63,590 nucleotides of DNA, filler included, from Hyphochytrium catenoides (GCA_900088475.1; 10 parts of 10 records of this genome joined end to end with filler, not necessarily neighbours in it), one strand, 5' to 3'; numbered from the whole stretch's first letter, positions 1 through 13,046 are shown. A program made the numbers and translations. Notes: a model not told the origin generated them from the sequence alone.

Positions 1-159
1 AACAAGCGCCTGAAGTTGGCGCTCCAGCTCCTCCTCCTAAAAAGAGAGACCAGGGTTGAGAAAGAGAGTCTGACCACGGAGTTGAAGACCGCAGAGTTGA
101 TCACCGCGCAAGGGAAGAGTACATTGGCCGCACACGCTGAGTTGTTTCGCACAAAATGA
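1..159 (+). CDS. Possible 3' end of an unknown helical protein (open from window start)
   Basis: Frame 1 is open from base 1 to TGA at 157-159 (NKRLKLALQLLLLKRETRVEKESLTTELKTAELITAQGKSTLAAHAELFRTK*). No family recognised. Confidence 0.25.
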   Translation, partial: NKRLKLALQLLLLKRETRVEKESLTTELKTAELITAQGKSTLAAHAELFRTK

Positions 160-739
160 TCAGAAAGAAATCGGCTCGAAAAGGGAGACAGTCAAACAGT
201 AAGAGAAATACGCCTGATCAGGGAGAGAAGCTGCCTGTTTGTGCTCAGTGGCACTTACGAGAGCCTCCCTTGGGAACTCTTCGTCCTGTGATGACTTCAT
301 TCTTTGGTGGGAAGGGAGGAGCTATGAGACCGCCGAGTGTCTCCCTCGGCCCTCCCTCCGCTCTCTTCATGAGCCCATCACGAGTGTATCCTACGTCACA
401 GTCGGCACAGCAAGGGCATGGCGGCAACCGTATATGTCTCTGCTCATGGGAGGAGCTCGTCAAACACTGCTTCCTTTATCTAGTCTGTGAAGGAGTCGCC
501 GTTGCAAGCAGCTTCCCAGCGAGCGGTAGAGCATGGGATTAACAGCACGCTATTGAGGATGAAGGCCAGGATAAGTTGGACCAGAAGAGAGGGAGACGAG
601 GAGGCTGACACCACTCTATCGATCTCCCCTCCTCTCCGTTCTTCGCAAGCTGCTAGAGTTCAACATTATTTCTTCTTATCGTGGGTTGAAGATGGAAGAA
701 GAGACGTGCTCAAAGTCCTTGACAGCGTTTGATTCTCGT

Positions 740-965
740 CATTTCTCTAGTTCTCTAGTTGCCTCCCTCTCTTTTTCTCTCTCTCTCTCTCTCTTTCGTT
801 TCTCTCTCTCGTTCTGTCTCACTTTCTGTTTCTCTCTTCGTTCTCTCTCTCTTTGTTCTCTCTCTCTTTTTTCTCTCTCTCTCTTTGTTCTCTCTCTCTT
901 TTCTCTTTCTCTCTTTTCTCCCTCTCTCGTTTCTCTCTCTCCTTTTGTCTCTCTCTCTCCTTTTG

Positions 966-1023
<58 letters not shown>

Positions 1024-1031
1024 TCTCTCTC
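740..1031. repeat. (CT)n-rich imperfect microsatellite (example of a class pervasive across the window)
   Basis: Directly visible CT dinucleotide runs. Similar tracts fill most introns and intergenic spaces from about 16 kb onward. Confidence 0.95.
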
Positions 1032-2564
1032 GTTGCACGTCTTACGTTCCAACAAGTCTCATCCGTTTCAGGGCCTACGTTCCAGACCTCCTCCGGGAGA
1101 ATACTCTTCTCACCACCTCCAGGAGCACCAACACTTTACTACTCCAAACTACCATCAGAGCGCCTCCCAGACCGCCACCCCACAAATGTTCGGCAATGCC
1201 TTTCTGGTCTCTAGTTTGCAGGCGACCAGCAGAATCTTAGGCCGATCCTGGCTTCCAGAGAGAGCCGGTTCGCTAGATCATAGAGGTACAGAGCATCCAC
1301 CCTCCTCCTCCAAGCTTCTTCTTCTGCTTCTGCTCTTGTCCTCTTGTGCCTTTTCGCTTGTTCCCCTCCCAAACCCTGTAGGTCTAGGAAGTGTCACCAC
1401 ATTGACACAAGTAGTTCTAGACTATTCACCATAATGAGAGTCCCGTGACTGCTTAGGAGAGGTGTGAAGTTGAGATCTTGTTTCGTGGCATTTGGAACCT
1501 ACCAAGTGTATCTTCGTAGAGGCAGTTCTGCTGTCACAGCCTTTATGAGGTTCTGTAATAAGATGACGCTTCCCTTAGCGCGCAACGCGGTGTTCTGGCA
1601 CTCTTCAATAATACACTAATCAAGCTGTCAGAATGTGGAACACGCCTTGAACTATCAGAAAGGATCTTCTATCGCCCCTCCAGAAGACCAATAATGTGTG
1701 TGTGACAGAAGAAGCTGGCTTAGCTCCGGCTCTGAAGATTCGTCCAAGACGAGAATCATCACGCTCCTCCTAGATGAAGGATACCTTAGTTCTCTCAGAA
1801 TACTGGTCAATGCCAAGGGTTAGTCCAGCTTTCGGTCCGCTAGTAACCTTACCTTGTATACTACTCTGCTGCTTGTCCTGACACCTTGGGATGCCAAAGT
1901 GAGAGTTCTGATAGTGTATTCGATAAACTTGAAGGACACCTTATTGAATAACATTCATGAGTTTGTTATTCTCCTCAGCTTCTAGGTATTGGCAACCTGT
2001 CAGTGTCCTCCTGCACCTTGCGCAGCATCCTCATACGCAAAGGCTGCACTAACGTTTCCAAGGGAATCCTGGTTCTTGGCAACCCTTAGCATTGTCCTCT
2101 CGATCTTGCAAAGCGCCGGCATACTGAGAGAGTAGCATCAATGTAGTCACTAATATATAAATATTGCCAATCTCTCAGATTGTGAAGCGCCCTTCTACAC
2201 GAAGAACAACAACGATACGTAAATCTCCATAATGTTTCTAAGGAATCATCAACCAGCACAGGACACCTTATCTGGGAATAGCCGACCAGGAGAGTACAGT
2301 GCGACATTATCAGACGTCTACCGAGATGATGTGGAGAAGCATTGCACCTCAACAGTTAAAGTTTATAATAAATCAAGTTTAAATTATTGGGACTTTATAG
2401 TTTAAAGTACAACAAGGATGTTCTTCTCACAAGAGCTTTACATAAAATCAGACTGACATCTAAAGTTGACACGAAGAGAGGTAGGCAGGGTGTTTGCCAC
2501 ACCATCTCATTGACAGGTCGAACATCTATAATGAGGTAGAGGTGATGTGGTGCTTGGAATGTGT

Positions 2565-3554
2565 CTAAGGTGTGGTTGCCTTTGGCGTGGACTTGTTCAA
2601 ATGAAAGCTGCAGACCCCATCCTCCTTAGATATCTTGCAGCAATCCCCTACTGAGCAGCGCGAGTCGCCGCCGTGGGTCACGCAGAAGCCTCCACCTCTG
2701 GCAGTCTTCTGACATCCATGCTGCTTGCAATATCTACGGCCCCCATGCTCCACACAGAGACCACTGCGCTGGGCACCCTTCGTGCAGCCAAGAATATTGC
2801 ATTTCTGACCACCACCATGAACGTGGCAAAGACCTCTTCGTTGGGAACTCTTCTCACAACCTTCCACAGAGCAACGCTTTCCACCTCCATGCGTGATGCA
2901 GAGACCATCCGATTGCTGGGCATTCTGGCAACTGTCTATCTTGCAGCGCTTGCCTCCGCCATGACTGATGCACAAGCCTCCTGACTGTGAGCCTTTGTTG
3001 CAGCCCTCGACACCGCACCTGCGTCCCCCACCATGTCTCATGCAGAGACCGCGAGACCGCGCAAGCTTGGTGCATCCCTGAAAGGAGCAGCTCTTCTCCT
3101 TCTTTGACGTTGGTGTCATCTTGCCTACTGGGGTCATCATTGCACTGCTTGACAGACTGATAGGGGTGCTGTAGCCAAGCATCGGACCAGGCATAACAGG
3201 GAACATAAGCTGTGGGCGTGGGGTAAAGACATCTGCTACCATTGGTGATTGTGCGAGGGTGGCAGTGAAGGTCGTGCTGAAGGAGTTGGGGTCTTTGATG
3301 CCTGGGCGTAGGCTTGAAAGAGCGCTCGAGATAAAGCTCTGAGGCACAACAGCGTCCATGACTTCTGCGTACTCAATGGGGATTGAGGAAAGATCTACTG
3401 GATCTGAAGCGAATATGTCTTCCGTCTTAACCTTGAACAAGTCTTTGTCCAATGCTGAGTCAGTTGATGTGGCATCTTCATCAACACCGAGAATCATGTG
3501 AACCAAGTCCCAGTCTTGAGCCTCAGTATCCATCAGCGGAGTAGTAAGCGCCAT
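2565..3554 (-). CDS. WRKY19-like zinc-finger repeat protein (7 x C-x4-C-x9-C-x2-H-GG), probable transcription regulator
   Basis: Intronless 329-aa ORF. Acidic and Ser/Pro/Met-rich N-terminal half, then seven 24-aa repeats such as CSVEGCEKSSQRRGLCHVHGGG. This repeat type is known from plant WRKY19 and from oomycete/diatom proteins. No WRKYGQK motif, so not a true WRKY. Confidence 0.9.
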   Translation of the reverse strand: MALTTPLMDTEAQDWDLVHMILGVDEDATSTDSALDKDLFKVKTEDIFASDPVDLSSIPIEYAEVMDAVVPQSFISSALSSLRPGIKDPNSFSTTFTATLAQSPMVADVFTPRPQLMFPVMPGPMLGYSTPISLSSSAMMTPVGKMTPTSKKEKSCSFQGCTKLARSRGLCMRHGGGRRCGVEGCNKGSQSGGLCISHGGGKRCKIDSCQNAQQSDGLCITHGGGKRCSVEGCEKSSQRRGLCHVHGGGQKCNILGCTKGAQRSGLCVEHGGRRYCKQHGCQKTARGGGFCVTHGGDSRCSVGDCCKISKEDGVCSFHLNKSTPKATTP

Positions 3555-6500
3555 GACAGAGTAATGAGGACGAATGTGCTTTCAAAGGGACTGGTACAGA
3601 GTTATGTAACAAGGTGAAAATGCGTGCGTATGGATGGCCCTTGGGTGTGATTGCAGCTTTTGAGGTGCAGTGCCAATTGAGATCTGAGGTCTCGTGGTAC
3701 TGTGGCCTTTCCTGAGCTAGGGTGAAGATGATGGCAGCGTTATAAACAGCGGTTGGGTTTCTCTTCCTGTTTCTTTATGGGGTTGTTCTAAACTCTTGCA
3801 CAAGGATGAGGACCTTGATCATTAGCTCTATAGCGCTGAGAGTGAGAGAAGGATAAAAGAAGGAAGAAGGGGACACTGGGAGGAGAGTTTCAAGATACAG
3901 GCAGACAGGGAAAAGGGTACAGACACTCCTCCTTCTTCTGGAAGGAGTTCTACAGGGTGGTTACAGTCGCACTCATGACCTGCATCCAACGACAGAGAAA
4001 CGCGAGATGGCACGAAAGAAAGAGAGAGACCAGAGGGAAGGACACCGTTCTTTCATAATCTTCTTGAACTCATACGATGATAGGCAAATGACGTGGTTGG
4101 GTTGGTTGCTGTGTCTTTTCTAGAGAGGCCTGCTCAGGCAAAACCTTGATGAGAAGAGAAAGCACAGTTCAAGGACAGCGTGCCCCATGATGAGATTGTC
4201 CAGCAGGGGGGCTGAGGGGTAGGACAACTGAGAGAGTGATCGAAAGACAGGAGATTGTCTCTCTCTGAGGTCTCGCCTACGAGACTTTCTGAAGAACGAC
4301 AGTCTGTCAGTCACTTCCTAACTAGATATAGGTTCTAAGACTGTGTATTACTTGGCCCTTTCCGACACTATATAATCTTATTAGTGACTTCAACTCATAA
4401 CCTAGTTCTAGTTGGTAGTAAGAATACGAGATCAAGGTTCGTATTGCTTCCAACGGAAGTGAATGTGAGGGAGGATGTAGGCGTACAACGAGTGACGAAG
4501 ACAGAGCTGGGATGTTTGACAGACAGAGGGAGTGCTCAGGGCAAAGACAATTGGGTTTTAGAGGTAAAAGGAGCATATAGCGACAGAGAGATGTTCAAGT
4601 GATTGAGGAGAGAAATCAAAGAGACACCACGAAGGACAAGGACATGAACAGAAGAAAGACAGGCCTTTTCCCTGCTCGCTTTTCCCTCGTGTTGTTGTGT
4701 GGAAGGGTTAGACATTTGTCCACAGCAACACTATAGAACCCTCAAGGCAGGGAAGACAGAAAGGTGAAATGTCCAACCCAAAGTGAATAGAGACAGTATT
4801 AGGGTTGGAGTATCTTTCCCTCAAGCATACCGAATGGGAGGAACTGTAGGCGGAGACAAGCCAGACAGACAGAGCTATTATAGAGGAGAAAAGGAAGAAC
4901 TCTCATTGGCTGATAAGGACTATTTATAGCTCTTATACAGTACTGTACTACTTGGATGATAGGTAGCACAAATATAGCAGATTTATTAGGGACCCAACCA
5001 AGGCTTTGGGACCAAGAATCAAACCACCCCTACCTTTCCTGGTTGATGAAGTAGGAGATAGTACTTCCTAGTTCTATGATGTTGAGTGTGAACTCTAACG
5101 CGGTGAGATAGGCACGCCTTTGTCCGACCATTGGAGACCAATAATTAGCGTCTGGGTTGCCCTCCCACAGTTTATCAGTCCTATCTGAAAGCTTCCCATG
5201 GCCTTCTGTTGCACACAATCACTCAATGTTGCCCCATTCTTATTGGTTCTTCTTTTCTACTAATAAGTACAGGAGATTGGAATGCTCTGGTAAGAAAGTG
5301 GGTACTAGAGGTTGGTCTTTCTTTGGCAGAACTGTTATTCGTTGGTTCTCTATAGTACCATTTTTGCGGACTCCCTGCAAGGGAGGACCTAAGATTAAGG
5401 GCCATGTGAGTAGGACGATGGGATGGCCGGGTGGGAACATCGATCTTAAAAAGGCCCAATAGTAACAAAGAACCAAACTCCTTGTAATGAAGCTCCTTTG
5501 ACCCCTTGAATTTTTGACATCTCCACAATTCATGAAGGCACCTGCACTCTGTTTGGGCTGTCGATGTAGTCTCTGGTTTGGAATATTGGTCCCGGATTGC
5601 CTCCTTACTAGAATAGAACCTATTTTTATCAGGAATAGCCTTCTTGGTCATCGAACTGACTCTTTGTTTTGCGGTTCGAAAGGTACGAGAGGCTGGATGG
5701 GCCCATCCTGCTTGAGTCCAGACAGTATCAGGTGCCTTGGACACGGCAAGGATCGAGGTAGTTCTTCTAATTTCCATGGAGACGCAAGGTAGACTTGCTG
5801 CTGCTGGCTTGCTAGTGGTACATAGGCACTCATTCCCACAAAAGAAGACAAGGCTTCTTGGAATGGCAATCGATAATCTATCGCTTTACTTTTTCATAGG
5901 GGCCACAGCAGTGCATCTACCATGACCTCAGAAGTTGAACGAAGGCTTGTCTTCCTAGGTTTGTACAATAAAACCTAGTAGTTCCTTGCTCTAATAAGCT
6001 CATGTTGGCTAGTAGAACGCCAAGGGTTGTCTGCATAAAAGGTCTCGATCAAGCAACTCTGTGTCTTGGAAGACTAAGAACTGACTGCTAGGTTCTAGAT
6101 AGTCGCAAACTTCAACAAGAAACGCGTTCATAACTCAATCAAAGTCCTAAATCCTAGAACTTCAACGTTCTTTCTAACGATGCTCAGGTTCACCTTTTCT
6201 TCTGGAGGACAAGAGGAGATTTTGGTCTTTGCCGAGCTGTCCTAAATAGGCTAGAAGAACGCTGGCGGGAAAGTAGGCGTATAGAGCTGGGACAAGCAAA
6301 GGCCAAAGAACCAGGATTTAGGACTTTAGAACTACTTCTGTAACTAGACTTCCCTGGGTTCTGGCCATCCTACCTTAACAATTATTGGAAGGTCCTCCCT
6401 GTTCCTCCTACATCTCTACTCCACCATTTCAGCTTTTTTTACTCTGTGACTACTGACTCTGTCTCAGTTTTAGGCAGTTCGTTTGGTTTTCTTTGGTTTT

Positions 6501-8928
6501 CTTGTTCATTTGTCGTTAGTTGGCGCTCTGTCTCTTCTTCTTGGCGGGAGAATACTCTGCATTATGACCTCCTTCTGCTTCACAAAGTATACCTCGTGGT
6601 TATTCTGTCGTCCACCATCAGCATCTTGTAGATGTAAATAAAAGGCACCAGCAGCCAGAGTGGGCGTAAGTATGTTGCTACGGGTTCTTTTGTCCTTTAC
6701 TGGCCGCAGAGGCAGGCTGTGAGGAGCAGGGGAGGACGGCTCTAACTGTATACTTCTGCCCTCACTAGAGCTCCAGGTGGAGGTGGCCAAACCTCACAGC
6801 CAAAGTCCCGTTATCGGGCCAGTGCAGTCCGCCTTCAGAGAGTGCATGAAAAGGGAAGGTAATGGCTGGGTAGAGACCGTTGGTTCGGTAGATTTCTTAG
6901 CGCTTTGCTACATGTGAATGCTATGTGAACTCTCCTCCACTTTCCCGTGTGCCTCTTTCCTTGGCGTCAATAATTGTAATAACCTATATTGGGCCCACTC
7001 TGTGTCCTTTGTTTCTACCGCTCTGTCTGCTAACATTCAGCTGATTGCGAGCTCTGCCTTCAGCTCATAGCCAGCCGGTCCCCATCTTTAAAATGGTCCC
7101 TCTCTCGGAGACACTCTTCCATCACTGGCATGTGATCTCAATGGAACTCCAGCAGAAGCAGAGGAGGAGGGAGGAGGATGGGCATACAAAGGCTTGGTCC
7201 CCTTATAAGGACTGGTAAGATGGAGGAAAGTGATGGTTCACCCACCCTAGCAGAACAGATGTAGTTCTGTCTTCTCAACCTATTGGGTGAGGAATCTTCC
7301 TCTCTAGGAAGTAAGTGGGGCACCCTTATAGAACCAGAGATGTGATTATTATGGCGCCGTTACCTAGATTCGAAGAGGCGCCAAGGCCACAGGGCAGTAG
7401 GTGATGAGGCTGCTAGTATAGACCTGCCATGTGATTGGGCCTTGACCTCTTTCGTATAAAGAAGCTCCTTCGGAAGATTCCTCTTTCCAGTCCGTTACTC
7501 ATGTTAGGTCCCCCATCATCAGCTATCTGTGGCTGACGGTTCGCAATGAACGGCTTTGTTCTCACGAGGAGTCAGTTCGCTGTCCGGCGGCGAGACCAGA
7601 GATACTTCTATGGCTGTCTTTCAGTGTGATTTTAATTGATAAAAAGCCTAAGGGTACAATCCTACCTGGAGTTCTCAAGACAATGAAGAATTGCTACCGC
7701 TAAAACCACGATTGTTCCTGCGGTGCGAAACAAGCCGTAAGTAAAACAATAGTAACAGTTCTTCGAATCCATGTTAACGGAGGTTGAGGATGACGCAGTC
7801 TCCACCCTTCAGTCACTAGGTCGCTGATACACATCCGAAGGATGGAAAGGCAAATCCATGTGATGGCAAGCGTTCTCTATCCCTTGGTGCCATGGCACTG
7901 ACACCAAGCAGACCGAGGTTATCATTGTCTGTCTCGTTTATCCACCATGTTAGGTCGTAACGCTCCTCCAACTTAGTAGGGATGATCATAAATGTCGTGA
8001 GGCGGAGGGGCCTCAACTTTTTTTTTCGCCCTTCTTCGTTCTTTGTGAATCTTCAGATTTGTTGATGATTTTCCCTGTCTCTTGGATCTCCGAGTTCTCC
8101 TTTTGTATGCACTCCGAGGCAAAGACCATAGAGGTTTTTGTGACCGCATGTCGACAGTCAGCTCACGTTGCTGGAGGGTCCACAGTCGCGGGCCATGTTC
8201 AGGGCCACCACCTTCGGAAAACTGAGATTCCTGGCATACGACTTGGAGGCAGTTCTTGAGAGGGAAAAAAAAAGAGAAAAGATCACAGGCCATCAGCGAA
8301 GAAGAAGAACAGAATTTGGCCTCCTTCCCAAAGATGTCAGCCAGCCATACAAAGCGGCACCGGACAGGAAGGCCAAGCATTAGGAGGGCCGCACCGTGGC
8401 AGCATTCGCCTTCACTAGCTAGTATATCGTGGTCCTGATGAGAATGGGTCTAATCATGTTTTGTTCTTTGGGGCCTGCCTTCAATCCTTGGACCTCCTCT
8501 GCCATCGTGAAGGCTTTCGTTGGATTACCTGGTACGACCGCCTGCCTTCCACTTCAACTGGGCGTAGAATAGGAGACGGAACGGAGATATTCTCGGAGAT
8601 AGGTATCGTGGCGGAAGTGAAGAAAGCTAAGACAGCCCTTATTAGTGAGTGGACTTTATGACCGCAGAGCTAACTGAACTGTTGACTTCAAGACGTTCCA
8701 GGACTGGGTGGATCAACCTTGACTCTCCTGGGGTGGCACGCGTAAAGGAAGAAGAAGAACGGGAGAGATTCAGCGATACTCTTGTCTAGACCGCCGCCGT
8801 CAGCTCAGGGCGTGAGGTGCCGCATGGTTACCTGATGAAGCGCCTCCAGCAGCGGCTAAGACTGTATAATAAGATTGAGAAGTCCAAGCAGGACTGCGAT
8901 ACCGGCTACTATTGAGACCAAGTTTGAC

Positions 8929-8986
8929 ACCAGTCCTTCAGCTCATAAGATGATGACCAGTCCTTCAGCTCATAAGATGATGACCA
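8929..8986. repeat. Perfect 27-bp tandem duplication (ACCAGTCCTTCAGCTCATAAGATGATG x2 + ACCA)
   Basis: Copies at 8929-8955 and 8956-8982 are identical. Confidence 0.95.
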
Positions 8987-9736
8987 CCAAACCTAAAGAG
9001 CTAACAGCAAACACTTTTCCTCCTCACCCTCGGATCCAGACATTATTTGCAGCCAGTTGTTTGAACTAAGTGTCGTGCTGCAAATGCACTCTGTTGACGC
9101 AACTCAGCCTGATGATGGAGAGAGACAGCAGGCCAAACTCCTAGTCCTTCATTCTGTGCGCGGTATCAACAACGAGAGCATCGATGTGACACTCTAGCTG
9201 GTGCGGCAGTGCTGGCGGGGTTCTGGTTCTTTACTCTACGCTTCCTATCGCTCATCATCATAGCAAGGTATGGCCCATTACCAGCTGATACTTACAATGA
9301 AGCTTCATCATGAATCTTCGCGTCTGGGGCAACGTCAGAGCATAAATCGGCAATAGGGCTGCCTAGGTAGTCGTTAGCGGCCCTGTATCTGCCTGAGGTC
9401 AGAGTATCGTATTGATTGATGATGTTTGATGGTTGCCGGTCAATCTTCTCTGTAACAGCAACAGCCCGCCGTCATCTTCCACATCCACAAGCAGAGCCTT
9501 CTTCAGATAGATTCTTTACACGCTTGGCGAACTCAAGCTCCGGACGCGCCCGCAGTTCAACTAAGGAGCCAGAGGCTGAGCTATCACTGTTTGTAAGACA
9601 AGGGCAAGTGATGACTATGCTGCTGCAAACGGGCCAGCTGTTGGGCCATCTTTCTCGAGACCCTATGAAGACTGCTTGAGCACTAAACTCTGTGTCCTGG
9701 CCCTCTTTCACGCCCAGACTGGGCAACTGTTGAATA

Positions 9737-11907
9737 ATGGCTGGCAGATCGGTGGTCTCCCATTTCCGAAGGAGAGTTCCAGGCCACAGCCTGGCTGTCT
9801 GGCATCGGCAACTGCCCCGCTGCTCCCCTTTATTGGTACCGCATCTCAATATCCGCCACAGCTCTGACACCAGTGGCAGCCCGCAAGGTTAATTGGCCTT
9901 AACTGAAGAATCGCCTTGGACTTAAGTGACTAACCAGATGATACTCTCGCGAAGGTCCGCTTTCTGTCATTCCGGATAACGACCAGCTGTGCCTCTTGAG
10001 CACAGCAGAGGAGAGCGCAGGGTCAGTATTGAGCACACTGGGCACTGCGTGGCAACCGTTTCTTGACGGGGCGCAGACCCTGGTCGTGCAAGCTCATGAC
10101 CAGCTAGGCTTACCATGGTGGGCGGCCATTGCCGTACGTAACAGATGGTTTCCAAGCTCCACTCCATGCTCGAGACTAATCACTGAGCTCAGGGCACCAC
10201 GATTGCAGTTCGAACAGCCTTGCTGCCTCTAATTATCTACCAGATGCGAGTGATGGATAGGTAGGTGAAGCGGTGTATTGGCAAGATCTGGGCAGTTGTA
10301 ACAGGCGCTTGTGGCAGATATTTCAGAACAAGACCCCAGCTGCTTTACATTAAGAAGCTAAAGGAGGAGGAGATGGCTGAGATTGTAAGGCAGAATCATT
10401 CTTTTCAGCCAACATGTCTTCTCTTCTCCCAAGAGCTGAGTTATCTCTGTTCTCTAATTCTGAGTCTTACCACTCGCACATTTTGGATCTTGCACGCTTG
10501 TGGACATTATAGCCTGCACCATGGCCTCCAGGCTCTTACCAGCACATTCTCGGCTCTCGTGTCGCTCTTTCCACGTAACTTCATGTGTAGTCCCCTACTG
10601 ACCTCAAGTCTCGAGTGAAGACCTACTTTCTGTACATGAAGACTGTAAGGGTGAGTGCCGTCTATTATCCTGAACAGGGAGCGCCGTGACCCCTAACAGC
10701 TAACACTTCCCTTTGTAGCTCGCTTGGAAGCAGAATGACTGCCATCCCTTAAAGTGCGTAGCGGGAACCTTAGCCCATATTCCCCTGTTCTTCACCTTTA
10801 TCGTGGCTACGCGGCGGCTTGTGATGCGGAATTCAGTAGAAGGGCTGGACACAGGTATGGAAGGACATGTAGATTCTCTACTACTCCGAACACGAGGCTG
10901 ACAAACTGATGACCCATGGTCCTCCGCAGGCGGCTTACTTTGGTTCACTGACCTGACTGCCGTCGATAGCTATGGAATACTGCCTACAGCGGCGGTTACC
11001 CTAACCTTTCTCAACCTCCAGGTCTCATTTTTTCCTACTGTCCATTACTCTTCTCTCAAAGTTTTAGACGTCTTTTTGTTATTATAGCTTTCCTCATCAC
11101 TGTCAAAGTTAACTCTATCTTTCCATAGCTATTGCCCTATTTTTGCGTCTGCTAGTGACGATCGAGGAGAGGATTATCTAACTGCTTTCTTAAATAAGAT
11201 CGGGCTAGGTTCCAGCCCAACCCCATGGGTACAGAAGCTTCGGGAAGTATTAGAAGTAGCGACTGTGCTCAGCTTACCGATGGTCAGCTATCTGCCTCAG
11301 GTCTGTGTCCACGGATCTTGGCAATATAAAGTTCCATTCCTGTGTGTTACTTCCCGCTTCCTTCATCCTTGGTCTCGTCCTTCCCGACATGTTGCGTTGA
11401 TCTACTTCTTGTCTTCGCTCAGCCTTATTTTTACAAGAGTTTGCCTCATCTCACGAATTATTGTGATCATCTTACTCTGCTCACCTTCGACATTACGGAG
11501 ATACTCTCCCATCATGTGTCTCACGATAACTCAACTCTTAGGGCGTATTTGTTTACTGGATAACCTCCGGAACTTACTCGTTAGGACAATCCCTTACTCT
11601 GAAGAGCAACAGAGTCAGGACTCTCTTGGGACTCAGAATTATCCCAAAGAACCCCCAGGGCACTGTTGCGAAGTTCCCAAACAATCCTCCCGTGATAGCA
11701 GCTCATGGAGTAGAGAAGAAGCTGGCGTTAGAGCTGCCACAGCTAAATGTGCAGGGAGCTCAAGAGTATGGGAGCACCGAGAGAGAGAGTGTGGAGAGCA
11801 TTCCCACAAACCAAGTGCTAGAAGAGGAGCGAATGAAGAGGGACGAGGAGTGTAGGAGAGAGAATCAGGTGCAGAGTGACAGCGGCAGCTCCATCCCAAG
11901 ATCTTAG
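9737..11907 (+). CDS. Mitochondrial inner-membrane insertase, YidC/Oxa1/Cox18 family (multi-exon, short introns)
   Basis: Exon 1 (9737-9887) encodes an Arg-rich presequence-like MAGRSVVSHFRRRVPG...NIRHSS. Spliced exons give family motifs HDQLGLPWWAAIA|GTTIAVRTALLPLIIYQ, CHPLKCVAGTLAHIPLFF, GGLLWFTDLTAVDSYGILP and YLPQ|GVFVYWITSGTYSLGQ. GT-AG introns; TAG stop at 11905-11907. Oxa1 and Cox18 cannot be distinguished by eye. Confidence 0.9.
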
Positions 11908-12480
11908 TCAGACGCAAGTTTTCAGTGTACATACGATCGACCTCGTCTCCAGGCCTACTGCATTGCTCAAGGGACGCTCTCTAACGAAGCTTAGCTGCCT
12001 TTGTTCCAACCATCAAAGACAGTCTATCCTATTCTATTTCTGCGCTCGCATGGTTCTCAGTAGCCAATAGGGTTGGTCTTGACAAACCCCCTCGACTGAC
12101 CCTCTCGACTGTTTTTCACTACTTCAACTCTGACTTCCAAGCCTCACCGTCGTTTCCTCGCTTTGCGCGTCGTTTTGGCAGCCTATGGGTTAGGGCTCTA
12201 CTCCTTCCCTTTCTGCGGGGCTGAGAGTCTTGCGAATTGTACAGAGTGCCTTTGTTGGGCATTAACAGCGGCTTTTCGTGAGTGGGTTATGCACCACCGG
12301 ATCGTGGCTTCGTAACGGAGTGAGAAAGCAAGATGGAGTTTTCTCCCAGGCCTAACGCCTTCTTCGGTGATCTTTTCCTCTCGTACTATTGCTTTCCCAT
12401 GGGACTACCTGTTCTTGATCCTGTCTGTGCTTTTTATGCTTAGGAATGAAGAGGATAGTAGGTGCCTAATGCTATTGCAG

Positions 12481-13046
12481 GTGATTCTCGAATCCCCAGC
12501 GGCCATCGCTTCCTGTCTACTTCATGACTCACACTCGACTGCCCACAATGATTGGCGCTCCATAGCCCAATGGACTCCAGCATTCCTCCGTGGTCCTCCA
12601 AGACTCTTCTTTAAACTCGTTCTAAGGACTCATCTTTGGGCCTTCCAAGTTCTCGTTCGATTCCCACAGTGATGAATGATTTTCTTTGTAAAAAGAATTT
12701 CCTCGGTCCCCGCATCTTCAGGGACTCTCTCCTTCACTATCTCGCAAACCTGATGGGAACGTTCTTTGTCTCTTGGGCCTGTTCATCTATTCTCCTCGTT
12801 TCAGGCTGCTGCCTATTGGTAGTATGTTCGCCCACAGCAGGATGCTCCTAGAACGCAGGGTTCTAAACGAAATGGGGAGGATCTCAGTTTATACATTGGT
12901 CTTGAATGCGATGTCCCGCAGGCTCTGACATTCTACTTTCACTTTCTTTCTCTCTAGAGGCACTTGTTCCCGTGGGTACTGCCTTGTGAAGTAATAAACG
13001 AGGAGCTGCAAGCTCCTCCGGCGCACTCTATAGAAAACATTACAGG
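12481..13046 (+). CDS. Possible spliced gene fragments of unknown function
   Basis: AG-preceded open segments: VILESPAAIASCLLHDSH..., VMNDFLCKKNFLGPRIFRDSLLHYLANLMG and RHLFPWVLPCEVINEELQ. No complete model obtained. Confidence 0.2.

Noticed and set aside
9416-9679. ORF 9416-9679 as the Oxa1/Cox18 N-terminus
   Set aside because: ATG 9737 gives a presequence-like exon that splices in phase, so the upstream ORF is not needed.
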